NCBI GenBank assembly: GCA_950054155.1
Contig: CATLOT010000004.1
Span: 71,098-135,097, forward strand
Direction of reading: 5' to 3'
Length of the DNA stretch: 64,000 nt
From: an uncultured Bacteriovoracaceae bacterium
GTDB taxonomy: Bacteria > Bdellovibrionota > Bacteriovoracia > Bacteriovoracales > Bacteriovoracaceae
In this document: positions 18,563 to 29,000 of the stretch, piece by piece
Layout of the letters: every line of letters starts with the position of its first letter
How positions within the stretch are numbered: the first letter of the stretch is position 1
Notes under the pieces: model-generated
What the model was told of the DNA's origin: nothing
Seen by the model: the letters and a program-made list of their open reading frames with translations, nothing else
The model's database searches: none
Position numbers and translations under genes: made by a program

Positions 18563-19312
18563 ACCAAGAGTGTAATCATCTAGGGGCTCTAGTCCTCCCC
18601 ATTCACTTCTATTGTGCCCACCTTCAAAGAGAAAGTAAGAGTCTTGGGAATTGAGTTGGATACCTAATTGCGTAGAAAAGACTTTTGCCTTATTTCTTAA
18701 ATTGACATCAGTAAAAACGGCAGAGCTCAGAAGTCCCTTAGCATCGCTGGAGCGAAAGTTGTAAGCGAGGTAAGGAAGAAACCAATGATTGACACGATAA
18801 CCGATAACACCTCCAACTTCGAATGACTCTACATCAAGTTTCGTTGTATAGGTTCTTGTCGTACCACTGCCATTCGTTGCAGTGATGGTGTCGTTATCAG
18901 TTGTTGAATTGCCATATCCAGCGAGTAAGCTGAGTTTAAGACCTTCTTTTTTCTCGCCTTGGTCCCGGCCAACAAGTTGAAATTTGACTCCAAAGAGGTC
19001 TGGGCTATCGGAGTATGACCTGTAGGTAAATTCCATAAAGTCTTTGAGACCAATACCAATATTTCCGTTGAGGACATTATCTTTAGTTGTCCCTTTTTCA
19101 GTTGAAATAGTGGCACTCGAAGAAAAGATATTGTCTCTTTCTAGGCTTGCAAGCTCAAAACGAGTGGAGTTAGTGTAAGTTACTTGAGTTCTTATATCTA
19201 GAGTGTCGCCAACGACCTCAGGAGTCGAGAAGTTTTGGGTGGGGACATGAAAATCGAGAGTTGAAGAGCAGGAAAAAATAAAAAGAGGGAAGAAGATAAG
19301 CCAATATTTCAT
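18536..19312 (-). CDS. Predicted outer-membrane beta-barrel lipoprotein
   Basis: Lipobox 'LFIFSCSS' and alternating amphipathic strands to the C-terminus ('...YTLGLALGLVFR'). Confidence 0.5.
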   Translation of the reverse strand: MKYWLIFFPLFIFSCSSTLDFHVPTQNFSTPEVVGDTLDIRTQVTYTNSTRFELASLERDNIFSSSATISTEKGTTKDNVLNGNIGIGLKDFMEFTYRSYSDSPDLFGVKFQLVGRDQGEKKEGLKLSLLAGYGNSTTDNDTITATNGSGTTRTYTTKLDVESFEVGGVIGYRVNHWFLPYLAYNFRSSDAKGLLSSAVFTDVNLRNKAKVFSTQLGIQLNSQDSYFLFEGGHNRSEWGGLEPLDDYTLGLALGLVFR

Positions 19313-19354
19313 TGTATAGCCTTTTCGATTTATAATGGTTCTAAACGAGGTCTT

Positions 19355-20116
19355 TTGAAATTATACGCTATTAAAGGTTACATTCAATCAATGTATTTAG
19401 TCGAGTCCGAGGCAGGCCTTATGCTCTTTGATAGTGGGACAAGGGCGGATGTTTCGGTTGTTTTTGACTACATAGAAAATATTCTTAAGCGGCCAAGAGT
19501 TGATTTAAAACTCGTTCTTGTGAGTCACGCTCATCCTGATCACTCGGGCGGAGCTTCTTACTTTCAAAAGGCAGGAATACCTGTCGCGGGGAGTGAGAAA
19601 ATGAATGAGTGGTATAAAGGGCTAAGTGGATTTGCGACTTACTTAGTCGATATTTTCTTGAGTTATCTTGTATGGTTTAGAAAGAGAGAGAAGGGTGACA
19701 AGCTTAGAAACCTCTTTTTTCCGAGGAAGATAAAGTTTGATTTCCTCCTTGAGGGAGAAGGAAGTGTTCCCTTATTTCCAGACTGGCGCTATTTAAAGAC
19801 ACCTGGGCATACCTTAACGGACTTAAGCTTCTATCATGAAAAGAGTGGAAAGCTCTATGTTGCTGACAATCTTATTGGTGCTCGGAAAAAGTGCTTTGCT
19901 CCTTATCCTATTTTTTCACCGGATGACTATCGCAAGAGTTTAGAGTCCTATCTTAAGATATCGCCAAAATCTCTCCTCCTCGCTCACTATAGCGAAAGAG
20001 AATTTGTCGCTTCTGAAGTTGAAGCCATTCTTGAAAACTTTCCAGGAAAACAAAGGCGTCATCTCAATACTTTACCTAGTATTCTCTTCGGCTTTTTGAA
20101 GAGGCTCTTTCGCTAG
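19355..20116 (+). CDS. MBL-fold metallo-hydrolase
   Basis: 'LVSHAHPDHSGGA' (HxHxDH) with downstream 'TPGHT'. TTG start. Confidence 0.75.
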   Translation: MKLYAIKGYIQSMYLVESEAGLMLFDSGTRADVSVVFDYIENILKRPRVDLKLVLVSHAHPDHSGGASYFQKAGIPVAGSEKMNEWYKGLSGFATYLVDIFLSYLVWFRKREKGDKLRNLFFPRKIKFDFLLEGEGSVPLFPDWRYLKTPGHTLTDLSFYHEKSGKLYVADNLIGARKKCFAPYPIFSPDDYRKSLESYLKISPKSLLLAHYSEREFVASEVEAILENFPGKQRRHLNTLPSILFGFLKRLFR

Positions 20117-20235
20117 CTCAAAACTGTTTAGTTTTTAGACACACTTTCTTTATTTCCGATTATTTAGAGTATTCCTCTCAATAAAGCCCGTTTTTGATAT
20201 CTTCACTATGAACAAAGAAAGAACGGAGAATTCAC

Positions 20236-20991
20236 ATGAGTTTATTAAAGACCTCTGCAATTGGATTATTGCTCATCTCTAGTCCGCTAATGGCAGACAA
20301 CCTCACTCTTACGCTTGAATTAAACGGGTCGGATTATTTCACAAAAGACAAGAAGGTGCTCAAAGGGAGCCAAAGTGTTTTTGATGGCAAAGTTTCACTC
20401 GTGGGAAACTTATCAGGAGAATCTCTTAACTTCTCTCAGGATATACCCTCACAAAAAGATAAAAATAAAACAGACTTGATTCTTAAATCTAAGAATAGTG
20501 TTCAAATCGTAAGTAAGGAACATTCCATTGATGGTGAGGCTCAAGCTGAAGTCGACACGAGTGTCTTTGGTAAATTAAAGGGATTGAAAATTAAGGAACG
20601 AGATTACCTGGCCGTTATGCAGCCTATTTTAGAGGAGTCTGGCTACAATCAACTTAAAGCTCTTGAGTTAACAACAGACGAATTAAACTTTTCCACCCGC
20701 ATAACAAGTAGTGATTACTCTTGTATTGCCTTAAGCCGAAGTGAAGTTAAGTGTGATAGTAATGTTGTGATTGAAATTAGCATTTCAACTCAACCACAAT
20801 TGTCGGTTAGAAATTGCTTCTTTTCTAGCTCGAGTGCAGCCCAATACTATACGCGAGCAATGGCCGGAAATACCTCAGTTATTTCTTATCTTTCTGAGCA
20901 GGATTTGAACCAAGATCCGTCTTGCTCTGCATCTATTGCTCAGGCACTCGAAGATGGTCACTCTGTCGCCGATATTGTTAATGCCCTCTAA
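20236..20991 (+). CDS. Secreted hypothetical protein (251 aa)
   Basis: GGAGA Shine-Dalgarno and signal peptide 'AIGLLLISSPLMA|D'. Confidence 0.5.
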   Translation: MSLLKTSAIGLLLISSPLMADNLTLTLELNGSDYFTKDKKVLKGSQSVFDGKVSLVGNLSGESLNFSQDIPSQKDKNKTDLILKSKNSVQIVSKEHSIDGEAQAEVDTSVFGKLKGLKIKERDYLAVMQPILEESGYNQLKALELTTDELNFSTRITSSDYSCIALSRSEVKCDSNVVIEISISTQPQLSVRNCFFSSSSAAQYYTRAMAGNTSVISYLSEQDLNQDPSCSASIAQALEDGHSVADIVNAL

Positions 20992-21037
20992 TTCTTCGAT
21001 CTAGTCTTTAAATTTAAATTATGCTTAAATGGGATCT

Positions 21038-21523
21038 ATGAAAACGATCCCATTTTTTATTCTCTTTGCACTCCTTTTAACTTCCTCATTTGCAGCTGAG
21101 CGCAAGCCCCTGCCAAAGGATACGAAAACAAAAGTGGTAAAAGCCTTAGACCTCAATGATGATCTTCATATGGCCTTCTTTAATTACGATGGCAAAAAGA
21201 TAGAATCACTGGCCCAAACACTTAAAGAACAGCTCAAAAAAGTTAAGAATGAAGAAATAAAAAAAGTCTTTAAAGAGGCGATGGCGACACTGACTCAGTT
21301 GAGTGCCAAGGCGACTCGGGAAGAAAACAATGAGAACTTCTTCAAGGTAAGTCGTGCCTTTGTTTATATCGTCAATCGTTATGATGTGGGTGAAGGATAT
21401 AATGAGTACACCTGTCCTATGGTTAAGAAGAAGTGGGTCCAAAACTCTAAAAAACGAGCAAGAGTTCACAATCCCTACGCTCCAGAAATGCCCCACTGTG
21501 GTGGTCAAGTGACGGAATATTAG
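21038..21523 (+). CDS. Secreted DUF3347-like protein (family often linked to heavy-metal loci)
   Basis: Signal peptide, and a C-terminal 'EYTCPMVKKKWVQN...VHNPYAPEMPHCGGQV' that resembles the DUF3347 terminal CPM...NPY...M..CG block. Confidence 0.45.
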   Translation: MKTIPFFILFALLLTSSFAAERKPLPKDTKTKVVKALDLNDDLHMAFFNYDGKKIESLAQTLKEQLKKVKNEEIKKVFKEAMATLTQLSAKATREENNENFFKVSRAFVYIVNRYDVGEGYNEYTCPMVKKKWVQNSKKRARVHNPYAPEMPHCGGQVTEY

Positions 21524-21570
21524 CCTAACTACTTAAAATAATTATATTTTTTCATTTTAGGAAAAAAGTT

Positions 21571-21599
21571 TTGAACCTTTTGACCCATTCTTGCGTCTA
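21571..21599 (+). promoter_or_regulatory. ECF-sigma-type promoter candidate (TGAAC-N17-CGTCT)
   Basis: 'TTGAAC' at 21571..21576, a 17-nt spacer, then 'CGTCTAA' from 21594. It sits about 60 nt upstream of the LTXXQ/ECF-sigma operon. Confidence 0.45.
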
Positions 21600-21655
21600 A
21601 TTATCAAGAACACCGCAAGAGTGGTGTATCCTTAATAACGAAATTAACCTAAGGA

Positions 21656-22096
21656 TTGAAAATGAAAATGATAGTACCCCTTATTGTAGCCCTTCTCTTC
21701 TCTAGCGTAAGCGCTGAAGATTCTAACCGCTCTGAAAAGCGTGGACGAAAGGGAAGAGGCTTTTTTAAAGAGCTTAATCTGAGTAAAGAGCAAATTGAAA
21801 AGTTAAAGGCCCATCGAAAAGAAAATAAAGGCCAGTTGAAAGGAAAGATGAAGGAAATGAAGTCATTACGAGAAGAGCTTGATAGCGCTTTTCTTAAAGG
21901 GGCTAGTGACAGTGATCTTACGGGAATCAGTAAGAAGATGTCCGCATTGAAAGCAGAGATGGAAAACTCAAAGCTTCAAAAAATGATCTTTATGAAGAAT
22001 CTTTTAACAGAAGAGCAGAGAAAAGCTTTCATTGAGAAGAAGAAGAGCCGCAAAGGAAAGCGAGGGGCTCGCTTTAAAAAACGTAACCAGGATTAA
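21656..22096 (+). CDS. Periplasmic Spy/CpxP-family (LTXXQ motif) stress protein
   Basis: Signal peptide, helical Lys-rich sequence, and two LTXXQ-type motifs ('LNLSKEQIEKL', 'LLTEEQRKAF'). The start may be ATG 21662. Confidence 0.6.
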   Translation: MKMKMIVPLIVALLFSSVSAEDSNRSEKRGRKGRGFFKELNLSKEQIEKLKAHRKENKGQLKGKMKEMKSLREELDSAFLKGASDSDLTGISKKMSALKAEMENSKLQKMIFMKNLLTEEQRKAFIEKKKSRKGKRGARFKKRNQD

Positions 22097-22102
22097 TTAG
22101 TT

Positions 22103-22621
22103 TTGAGTTTTTTTAAGCGTTGGAAGAAAGAGAGAGATTTTCAACGCCTTTATCAAGAACAAAACGAGTTCATCAGGGCTGCCCTATATTGGGTCGGCCC
22201 TTATGAAATAAAAGATGAGCTCGTTCAAGATACTTTTTTAAAGGCATGGAACTCCTGGGATCGCTTTCAAGGAGATTCGAGCATGAAAACGTGGTTGTAT
22301 CGAATTGCTATGAACTGTGCAAAAGATGCTCTGAGAAAAAAGAACTTTCACGAGTCTTTCGATGAAGAGAAAGGCGAAGGCAGTACGGCAGTTCTCCCTG
22401 AAAATGCTGATTTAGAGAATCGAGAGGAATTTCTCTTCCTTCTTAACAAACTGAGTTTTGAGCATCGGGAAGTTCTTGTTTTGACCTATTACTTAGGGCA
22501 TACCATCAAGGAAATAGCTGACTTGACCAAGAGACCAGAGGGGACGATTAAGTCGCAGCTGCACTATGCAAAGAAGTTTTTTGAAGAAGAGATGAAAAAT
22601 AATGAGGAGGTTGCAATATGA
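22103..22621 (+). CDS. ECF-type RNA polymerase sigma factor (sigma-70 family)
   Basis: Region 2 'DTFLKAWNSWDRFQGDSSMKTWLYRIAMNCAKDALRKK' and region 4 'REVLVLTYYLGHTIKEIADLTKRPEGTIKSQLHYAKK'. TTG start. Confidence 0.8.
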   Translation: MSFFKRWKKERDFQRLYQEQNEFIRAALYWVGPYEIKDELVQDTFLKAWNSWDRFQGDSSMKTWLYRIAMNCAKDALRKKNFHESFDEEKGEGSTAVLPENADLENREEFLFLLNKLSFEHREVLVLTYYLGHTIKEIADLTKRPEGTIKSQLHYAKKFFEEEMKNNEEVAI

Positions 22622-22914
22622 AAGATTCAAAGCTTAAAAGCCTCTTTGAAAAACATTCAGAAGAGTTGGTTACTCCTAAGAGTGAGTGGAAAGAGATAAA
22701 GGAGAAGACTCGTTTGGTTCCTCTTCCACAGCGCCTAGGTGTAAGAATGGGAATCGCCTTTACCTTGGTTTGCTTATTTACTTATACACTAAGTCCCTCG
22801 TTTACAGGAAATAGCGTAAATGAAAATGAGTTGGTCGAATATATGCTGGAGGATAGTATTCCCCATGAGGATGAATTTCAGCCCTTGCTTGAGACGAGCT
22901 TAAGCAGCCTTTAA
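22618..22914 (+). CDS. Putative anti-sigma factor (single-pass membrane protein)
   Basis: ATGA overlap with the sigma gene and one TM helix ('GIAFTLVCLFTYTL'). Call is by position. Confidence 0.45.
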   Translation: MKDSKLKSLFEKHSEELVTPKSEWKEIKEKTRLVPLPQRLGVRMGIAFTLVCLFTYTLSPSFTGNSVNENELVEYMLEDSIPHEDEFQPLLETSLSSL

Positions 22915-24207
22915 CTTTCTCGACTCATCGGCAAGAGGAAGTCTTATCGTAAAGCAAGTCCCTTCAGCGTTTGAATTGTATTCTAGTGAACCGTTACAGC
23001 GGCTTATTATCTCAGAGGTCACGGAAAGCCCAAGGCCAGTTCCTTTTCCCAAGGGCTTCGTTGTAAAGAAAGGTTTTAAAATCTGATCCTTAACTTCATC
23101 TGAGATGCCTTCACCATTATCATAAACGCTGATCACAACATTCTCATTGTCACGATTGAGACTTAATTTAATAAGCTTCTCTGAGCAATTTTCAAGAGCA
23201 TCTAAGGAATTTGATATGAGTGAGAGAAGGGCTTGCTCGATTTCTCCTTCATAAATATTACAGTAGGTTGTGGGATAGGGGATTTCTAAGTCATGCTCTA
23301 TTCCTAGACGGTTGAACTTGTAGGAGCAGAGTTCATAGACTTTAGTGACTGTTTCAGAGATATTCTTTGTTGAGGCGGTACTCTTGTTGAAACTTTTAGA
23401 AACAATCCCAAGGCCATTAATAATTTTCACGATGCGATCAACTTGGTTGGTGATCCTGAGCAATTCCTTTCGCTGGCGCTCAAGGGTTAGGCTTGGATCG
23501 CCCACTCTTTTATGAAAGTAGGATGCAGAAGTTTTGATGACGGCGAGGGGGTTATTGACCTCATGGGCAATACCAGCCGTCATCCTGCCAATATCACTGA
23601 TACGTTCGTTATTCTTTTTTTCGTAGTGTTCTTTAATAAGGATATCAATATCTTCATTGTAGAATTTCTTCGCTAAGTACATCCCAACAGAGAAGATGAG
23701 AGCACTCGTGACCATGACGATGGCCTTATAAAAGATACGATAGGAATGACTAAAGAAGTGGCTATCAAGGTTAAAGAGGTAGGTCGCAAAAGCAGAAAAG
23801 CCGATAAGAAGAGTCATTCCAAAATAGCTTCTCTTTGCCTCATTCGGAAGAAGGAGATTTGGTAAGGGGAGAAAGGCTAAAATGAGTAAATGAAGATCGT
23901 ATTTTCGCTCAAGAGAAACATTAAAGGCAAAAGTAAGAAGGATCAAAGAGCTAATAAAGAGATTGGGAGCAAAGGTCTTGAATCCCTTGGTGTTGAGGAA
24001 GTAGCTCAGAAAAGACAAGGGCATCATCGCAAGAAATAAAATGGCGCTATCAAGAAGACCTTGCATGATAAAGAGGATATTGAGAGCAAGGCAAATCATT
24101 CCAGAAAAAAGACAGAGTCCATTAAAGAGAACCAACCTCTTCATGTCCTGATGGGAAGATGTTTGTTCTGTTCCTGAATAGAGAAGGGCACTTAAGGTAC
24201 TTTTCAT
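22900..24207 (-). CDS. Membrane sensor histidine kinase
   Basis: About 6 TM helices, H-box 'AGIAHEVNNPLAVI', N-box 'LISNSLDAL', 'VYDNGEGI' and 'FFTTKPLGKGTGLGLSV'. Confidence 0.85.
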   Translation of the reverse strand: MKSTLSALLYSGTEQTSSHQDMKRLVLFNGLCLFSGMICLALNILFIMQGLLDSAILFLAMMPLSFLSYFLNTKGFKTFAPNLFISSLILLTFAFNVSLERKYDLHLLILAFLPLPNLLLPNEAKRSYFGMTLLIGFSAFATYLFNLDSHFFSHSYRIFYKAIVMVTSALIFSVGMYLAKKFYNEDIDILIKEHYEKKNNERISDIGRMTAGIAHEVNNPLAVIKTSASYFHKRVGDPSLTLERQRKELLRITNQVDRIVKIINGLGIVSKSFNKSTASTKNISETVTKVYELCSYKFNRLGIEHDLEIPYPTTYCNIYEGEIEQALLSLISNSLDALENCSEKLIKLSLNRDNENVVISVYDNGEGISDEVKDQILKPFFTTKPLGKGTGLGLSVTSEIISRCNGSLEYNSNAEGTCFTIRLPLADESRKLKAA

Positions 24208-24244
24208 GACCTTAGGCTTATCGGAAATCTTGAAGGGGGCATAA

Positions 24245-24259
24245 ATGAAATTTTTTTGA
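24245..24259 (+). promoter_or_regulatory. Candidate 4-codon leader mini-ORF (MKFF-stop) upstream of the ABC-F gene
   Basis: AAGGGGG (24233..24239), 5 nt, then ATG AAA TTT TTT TGA. Speculative. Confidence 0.2.
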
Positions 24260-24415
24260 TAAGTCTCTCTAACTCCTTAATTTTATGCAGAGCCTCTGCC
24301 TTTATAGTTGTTAATGAATCTTTACTCATTTCGATGACTTGTCCCTTGAAATCTGGTCAGAAGGCCATTATTGCGTTAATGTGCGCTAAATTCATATTAA
24401 ATATTTGGAGAAGAC

Positions 24416-26002
24416 ATGATCAGTACTGAAAACGTCAGTTTAAGCTTTGGTGGTAGGAAATTATTTGATGAAGTGAATATTAAATTTTCACCAGGTAATT
24501 GCTACGGCCTCATTGGAGCAAACGGAGCTGGTAAGTCGACTTTCATTAAGATTCTCTCAGGAGAAATTGAGCCACAAACAGGTAATGTCAGTATGGGGCC
24601 AGGGGAAAGGCTCTCAATTCTTAAGCAGGATCACTTTGCCTATAATGACTATACTGTTCTTGAGACAGTGATTATGGGTAATCATGAACTCTATAAGGTG
24701 ATGCAAGCGAAGGATGCCATCTATGCTAAGGAAGACTTCTCGGATGAAGACGGAATTCGCGCAAGTGAGTTAGAGGCTGAGTTTGCCGAAATGAATGGCT
24801 GGGAAGCAGAGTCTGATGCGGGAATACTTCTTGCCGGTCTCGGCGTGGGCCCCGAGTTCTACGACAAAATGATGAAAGACCTCACGGGATCGGAGAAAGT
24901 GAAGGTTCTTCTCGCGCAAGCACTCTTTGGTCAACCTGATGTACTTCTTCTTGATGAGCCTACCAACCACCTTGATATCAAGGCCATCCGTTGGCTAGAA
25001 GACTTTCTCATGGATTTTAAAAATACTGTGATTGTTGTTTCTCACGACCGTCACTTTCTCAATAAAGTGTGCACTCATATTGCAGACCTTGATTTTAAGA
25101 AGATTTCTATTTACGCCGGAAACTATGACTTCTGGAAAACTTCTAGTGAGCTTGCCCAGAGGTTACGCTCTGATGAGAATAAGAAGGCTGAACAAAAAGC
25201 CGCAGAACTTAAGGCCTTTATCCAGCGCTTTTCGGCTAATGCTTCAAAGTCAAAGCAAGCAACCTCACGTCAAAAGCAACTTGAGAAACTTAATGTAAAT
25301 GATCTCCCACGAACTTCTCGAAAATATCCCTTCGTTCATTTTCAACCTAAACGTGAAGCTGGTAAGGAATTGCTTCGTGTTGAGGGGCTCACCAAAGAGA
25401 TCGATGGGGTTAAAATTCTTGATAATGTCCGCTTCTCTTTGAATAAGGGTGATAAAGTTATTTTCTTGGGGGATAACTCCCTTGCTGTGACGACCCTCTT
25501 TGAGATTCTCGCTGGGGAAATTGAACCTGATAGCGGTACTTATGAATGGGGCGTGACAACCTCTCAGGCTTACTTTCCTTCTGATAATCAGCGCTACTTT
25601 GATACTAAGGATACGTTGGTTGATTGGTTGCGTCAGTATTCGGAAGATAAGGATGAAAGCTTTGTGCGTGGATTTCTTGGGAAGATGCTCTTTAGTGGAG
25701 AAGAAGCAAAGAAGAGTGCCAATGTCCTCTCTGGGGGCGAGAAGGTGCGTTGTATGCTCGCTAAAATGATGCTCTCAGGCTCTAATGTTCTGATGCTTGA
25801 CGGGCCAACTGACCACCTTGACCTAGAAAGTATTACGGCAGTGAATGACGGTCTCATTCGTTTTGAGGGAACAATCCTTTTTACGACTCATGACCATGAG
25901 TTTATTCAGACGGTAGCTAATCGGGTGATCACTCTTGATGGGGGTGTTACTTATGATAAGCAGACGACCTATGATGAGTACCTCCAGGAAACTGTTTTTT
26001 AA
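24416..26002 (+). CDS. ABC-F family ATPase, YbiT-like, with degenerate second nucleotide-binding site
   Basis: Collinear with E. coli YbiT as I recall it ('YGLIGANGAGKSTF', 'LLLDEPTNHLD', 'FIQRFSANASKSKQATSRQKQL', 'LSGGEKVR'). NBD2 carries 'GDNSLAVTT' in place of Walker A and 'LMLDGPTDHLD' in place of D-E. Confidence 0.85.
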   Translation: MISTENVSLSFGGRKLFDEVNIKFSPGNCYGLIGANGAGKSTFIKILSGEIEPQTGNVSMGPGERLSILKQDHFAYNDYTVLETVIMGNHELYKVMQAKDAIYAKEDFSDEDGIRASELEAEFAEMNGWEAESDAGILLAGLGVGPEFYDKMMKDLTGSEKVKVLLAQALFGQPDVLLLDEPTNHLDIKAIRWLEDFLMDFKNTVIVVSHDRHFLNKVCTHIADLDFKKISIYAGNYDFWKTSSELAQRLRSDENKKAEQKAAELKAFIQRFSANASKSKQATSRQKQLEKLNVNDLPRTSRKYPFVHFQPKREAGKELLRVEGLTKEIDGVKILDNVRFSLNKGDKVIFLGDNSLAVTTLFEILAGEIEPDSGTYEWGVTTSQAYFPSDNQRYFDTKDTLVDWLRQYSEDKDESFVRGFLGKMLFSGEEAKKSANVLSGGEKVRCMLAKMMLSGSNVLMLDGPTDHLDLESITAVNDGLIRFEGTILFTTHDHEFIQTVANRVITLDGGVTYDKQTTYDEYLQETVF

Positions 26003-26059
26003 TCAGAGGACTTCTAGACAAAGCTGTTCGATATATCAAACTTTGGTTAGAATCTGAGG

Positions 26060-29000
26060 ATGAAAAATATCCTCTCGTACTTTGTTGACCGCCATCTCCT
26101 CACGAATGTTCTGTTTTTTGGACTTATTGTTTTTGCCATATGGAGCTGGACCAAAGTCGGTAAAGAGGAGATGCCCGAATTTGAGAGTAACTGGATTCGA
26201 GTCACCACCGTTTATCCAGGAGCTCCAGCGGAAGATGTCGAGCTCTTTGTCACTAAGCCTCTTGAAGATGAGATTAAAGGGGTTGTTGGGATTGAAGAAA
26301 TCACAGCAACATCGAGTGTGGGCACAAGTTCACTTTCCATTGTCATTGATGACGACTATCCAGATAAGGACGAGGTCGTTCAAGATATAAAAGATGCTGT
26401 TCTTCGCACTAATCTTCCCAGTGAGGTCAGAGACCTTCCTAATATCAGGCAATTTAAGAACTCAGAGAAGGCCATCCTTGATATCGGGATCTATCATAAA
26501 GAACATCAATTTCTCGATCAGAAAGCACGGGAAGAGGTTCAAAAATATATTATTAGTTTTGAAAATCAGCTGATCTCCCTGCCTGAAATTAGCTCTGTAG
26601 AAAGAAGTCACTATCGAAAACCAGAGCTCCAAATTAAGGTCCGACCAGAGGACCTCCTAAAACAACAAATCACCCTCGCATCTATCCGTGATCAAATCGT
26701 TAGCAATAATGTTCGCGCCCCCATTGGATCTCTAAAAGACAAAGGGGAGAGTAAGGTTACTGCTCTGAATGAACTTGAGGATGTCGATAGTCTTAAAAAA
26801 GTTATTTTAAGAGGAAACGACACAGGGGCTTCTCTCAGTCTAAATGATGTAGGAAGTGTTTTTAAGGGTTTTGAGGAGTCGACCTCCATCTTTAAAATGA
26901 ATGGCCATGAAGGTGTTTTTCTCAACGTAAAGAAAAATGTGGCCACAGATATCCTTACCGCCCAAGAAAAGGTCATGAAGTTTATTGAAACTTTTAAAAA
27001 GAATAACAAAGATATTCCAATTGAAATCGTCTTCATGGATGATGAGTCTTATGCCGTAACCAATCGACTCGATATTGTGAGTACAAATGGTATTCTCGGC
27101 TTCATTCTTATTGTTATTGTTCTTCTGATTTTTCTTGATGCTAAAGTCGGTTTTTGGGTGGGAATGGGCATACCTTTTAGTTTTGCCTTCACTCTTATCA
27201 TTGCCCAGGTTGCGGGTTATACCGTAAATAATATGACCCTTGCGGGTATCATTATTGTTCTTGGTATTGTTGTCGATGACGCAATTATTATTGCTGAAAA
27301 TATTTCTCGTCATAGAGAGGAAGGGAAACCTTTAAGAACTGCGGCCATAGAGGGAACCCTTGAGGTCATTAAGCCCATTACAGCGAGTATTATCACTACT
27401 TGTGTGGCCTTCTTACCTCTACTTTATTTTGAAGGATTCTTTGGTAAGCTCGTCGCTTATATTCCCTTGATTGTTATTCTTATGCTCATTGGTTCTCTCA
27501 TTGAGTCCCTATTTATTCTTCCCTCCCACCTTGCAGGAAAAACCCACTTTCTTGATCGTTTCGCTAAGAAAGAAGGACAAGCAAGTTGGTTTGATAAAGT
27601 TGAAAAAAAATATGCAGGTTTTCTTGAAACTATTTTTAAAATACGCTGGCCTATCCTTCTCATCTTTATCTGCTTCTTAGGTGGTGGTGCTTTTCTCTTT
27701 CAAACGAAAATGAAATTTGTGATGTTTCCGCGAGAGGAGAGTAAAGAAGTCTTTATTAAGATTAAGACTCCTCATGGTTTCACACGAATGCAAACCGCTA
27801 AGGCAATCGGGCCTCTTGAGGATATTATTAGCAAAGACCTTGAAAATGTTGTGGCCGTACGTTCTAGTATTGGTCTCTCTCGCCGAGGGGGAGAAGTTAA
27901 AGAAAATGAAGCCTCCATTCTTGTCGAGCTCTATCCTGCTGATGATCGGGAAACTCCTCTTAACACCTTACTTGAACGTTGGGAGAAGATCGCTGCAGAG
28001 ATGAGTGAAATTAAGAATGCACGCTTTCTTAGAGGGCGCTGGGGGAATGGCGATGGGAATTCGATTTCTCTTAATATTTTACAAAATGATGATGCTTTAA
28101 GAGGGAAAATTGCCAAAAGAATTTCTCAAGCACTTGAAGAAATGAATGATGTCACTGATGTTGAAATTGAAGTTCCTATTCTTAAAAATGAGTATGTTTT
28201 TAAAATTAAGCAAGACAAATTAGTAAAGTACTCTGTTTCACCAAGCCAGCTGACTTCTACTCTTCGCTCCTTTGTCGAGGGCTCGATTCTCTATAGTATT
28301 AATAAGGGAGAAGAAGAAGTTGATGTGCGCCTCACTGTATCAGATGAAGACAAACGTGGACTTGAAGTGCTGATGAATCAAAGGGTTCCCAACAATTCTG
28401 GAAACCTTATCTTTTTAAAGAATATGGTTGAAGTCGAAGAACACACAAAACCCCTTAATATCAAGCGCACCAATTTCAAGCGTGTAACGAGTGTTTTTGC
28501 TAACCCAAAAGAGGGAAGTAAGACGACACCACTACAGATTGCTGAAAGACTTGAGGAAGAACTCTTTCCTAAGATTATTAATGAAGCGCCGAGAACCGTC
28601 CTCGAGTGGTCAGGAGAGATTAAAGATTCTCGAGAAAGCCAAGGGGAGTTTTTAAACTCTGTGATCATGGTGATTTTTCTCATTTACCTCATCCTCATTG
28701 TGATGTTTGACTCCCTTACTAAGCCCTTTCTCGTGCTCTCGGTTGTGCCCTTTGGCCTTGCTGGGGTTGCCTATACTCTGGTGGCCCACGGAATGAGTGT
28801 TTATGGCTTCTTCGCGGCTATCGGTGCCCTAGGGATGATTGGTGTGGTGATAAACGATGCTATCGTTATGATTGATAAGCTCGATAATATGGCGACCATG
28901 GATCACAAACCCTCGTTTAAAGAGGTCGCCCTTATCGCTGCGACTAGGCTAAGGCCCGTGATTGTGACGACTGTGACGACTGTTGTGGGGGTTCTCCCAA

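Noticed and set aside
26082-28683. Several 60-157-aa ORFs inside the AcrB-type gene (e.g. 26840..27313 -, 26692..27036 -, 28378..28683 -)
   Set aside because: These are shadow ORFs of a 1026-aa gene with clear RND motifs. The 157-aa one is Asn/Ile-rich antisense to TM-segment codons.
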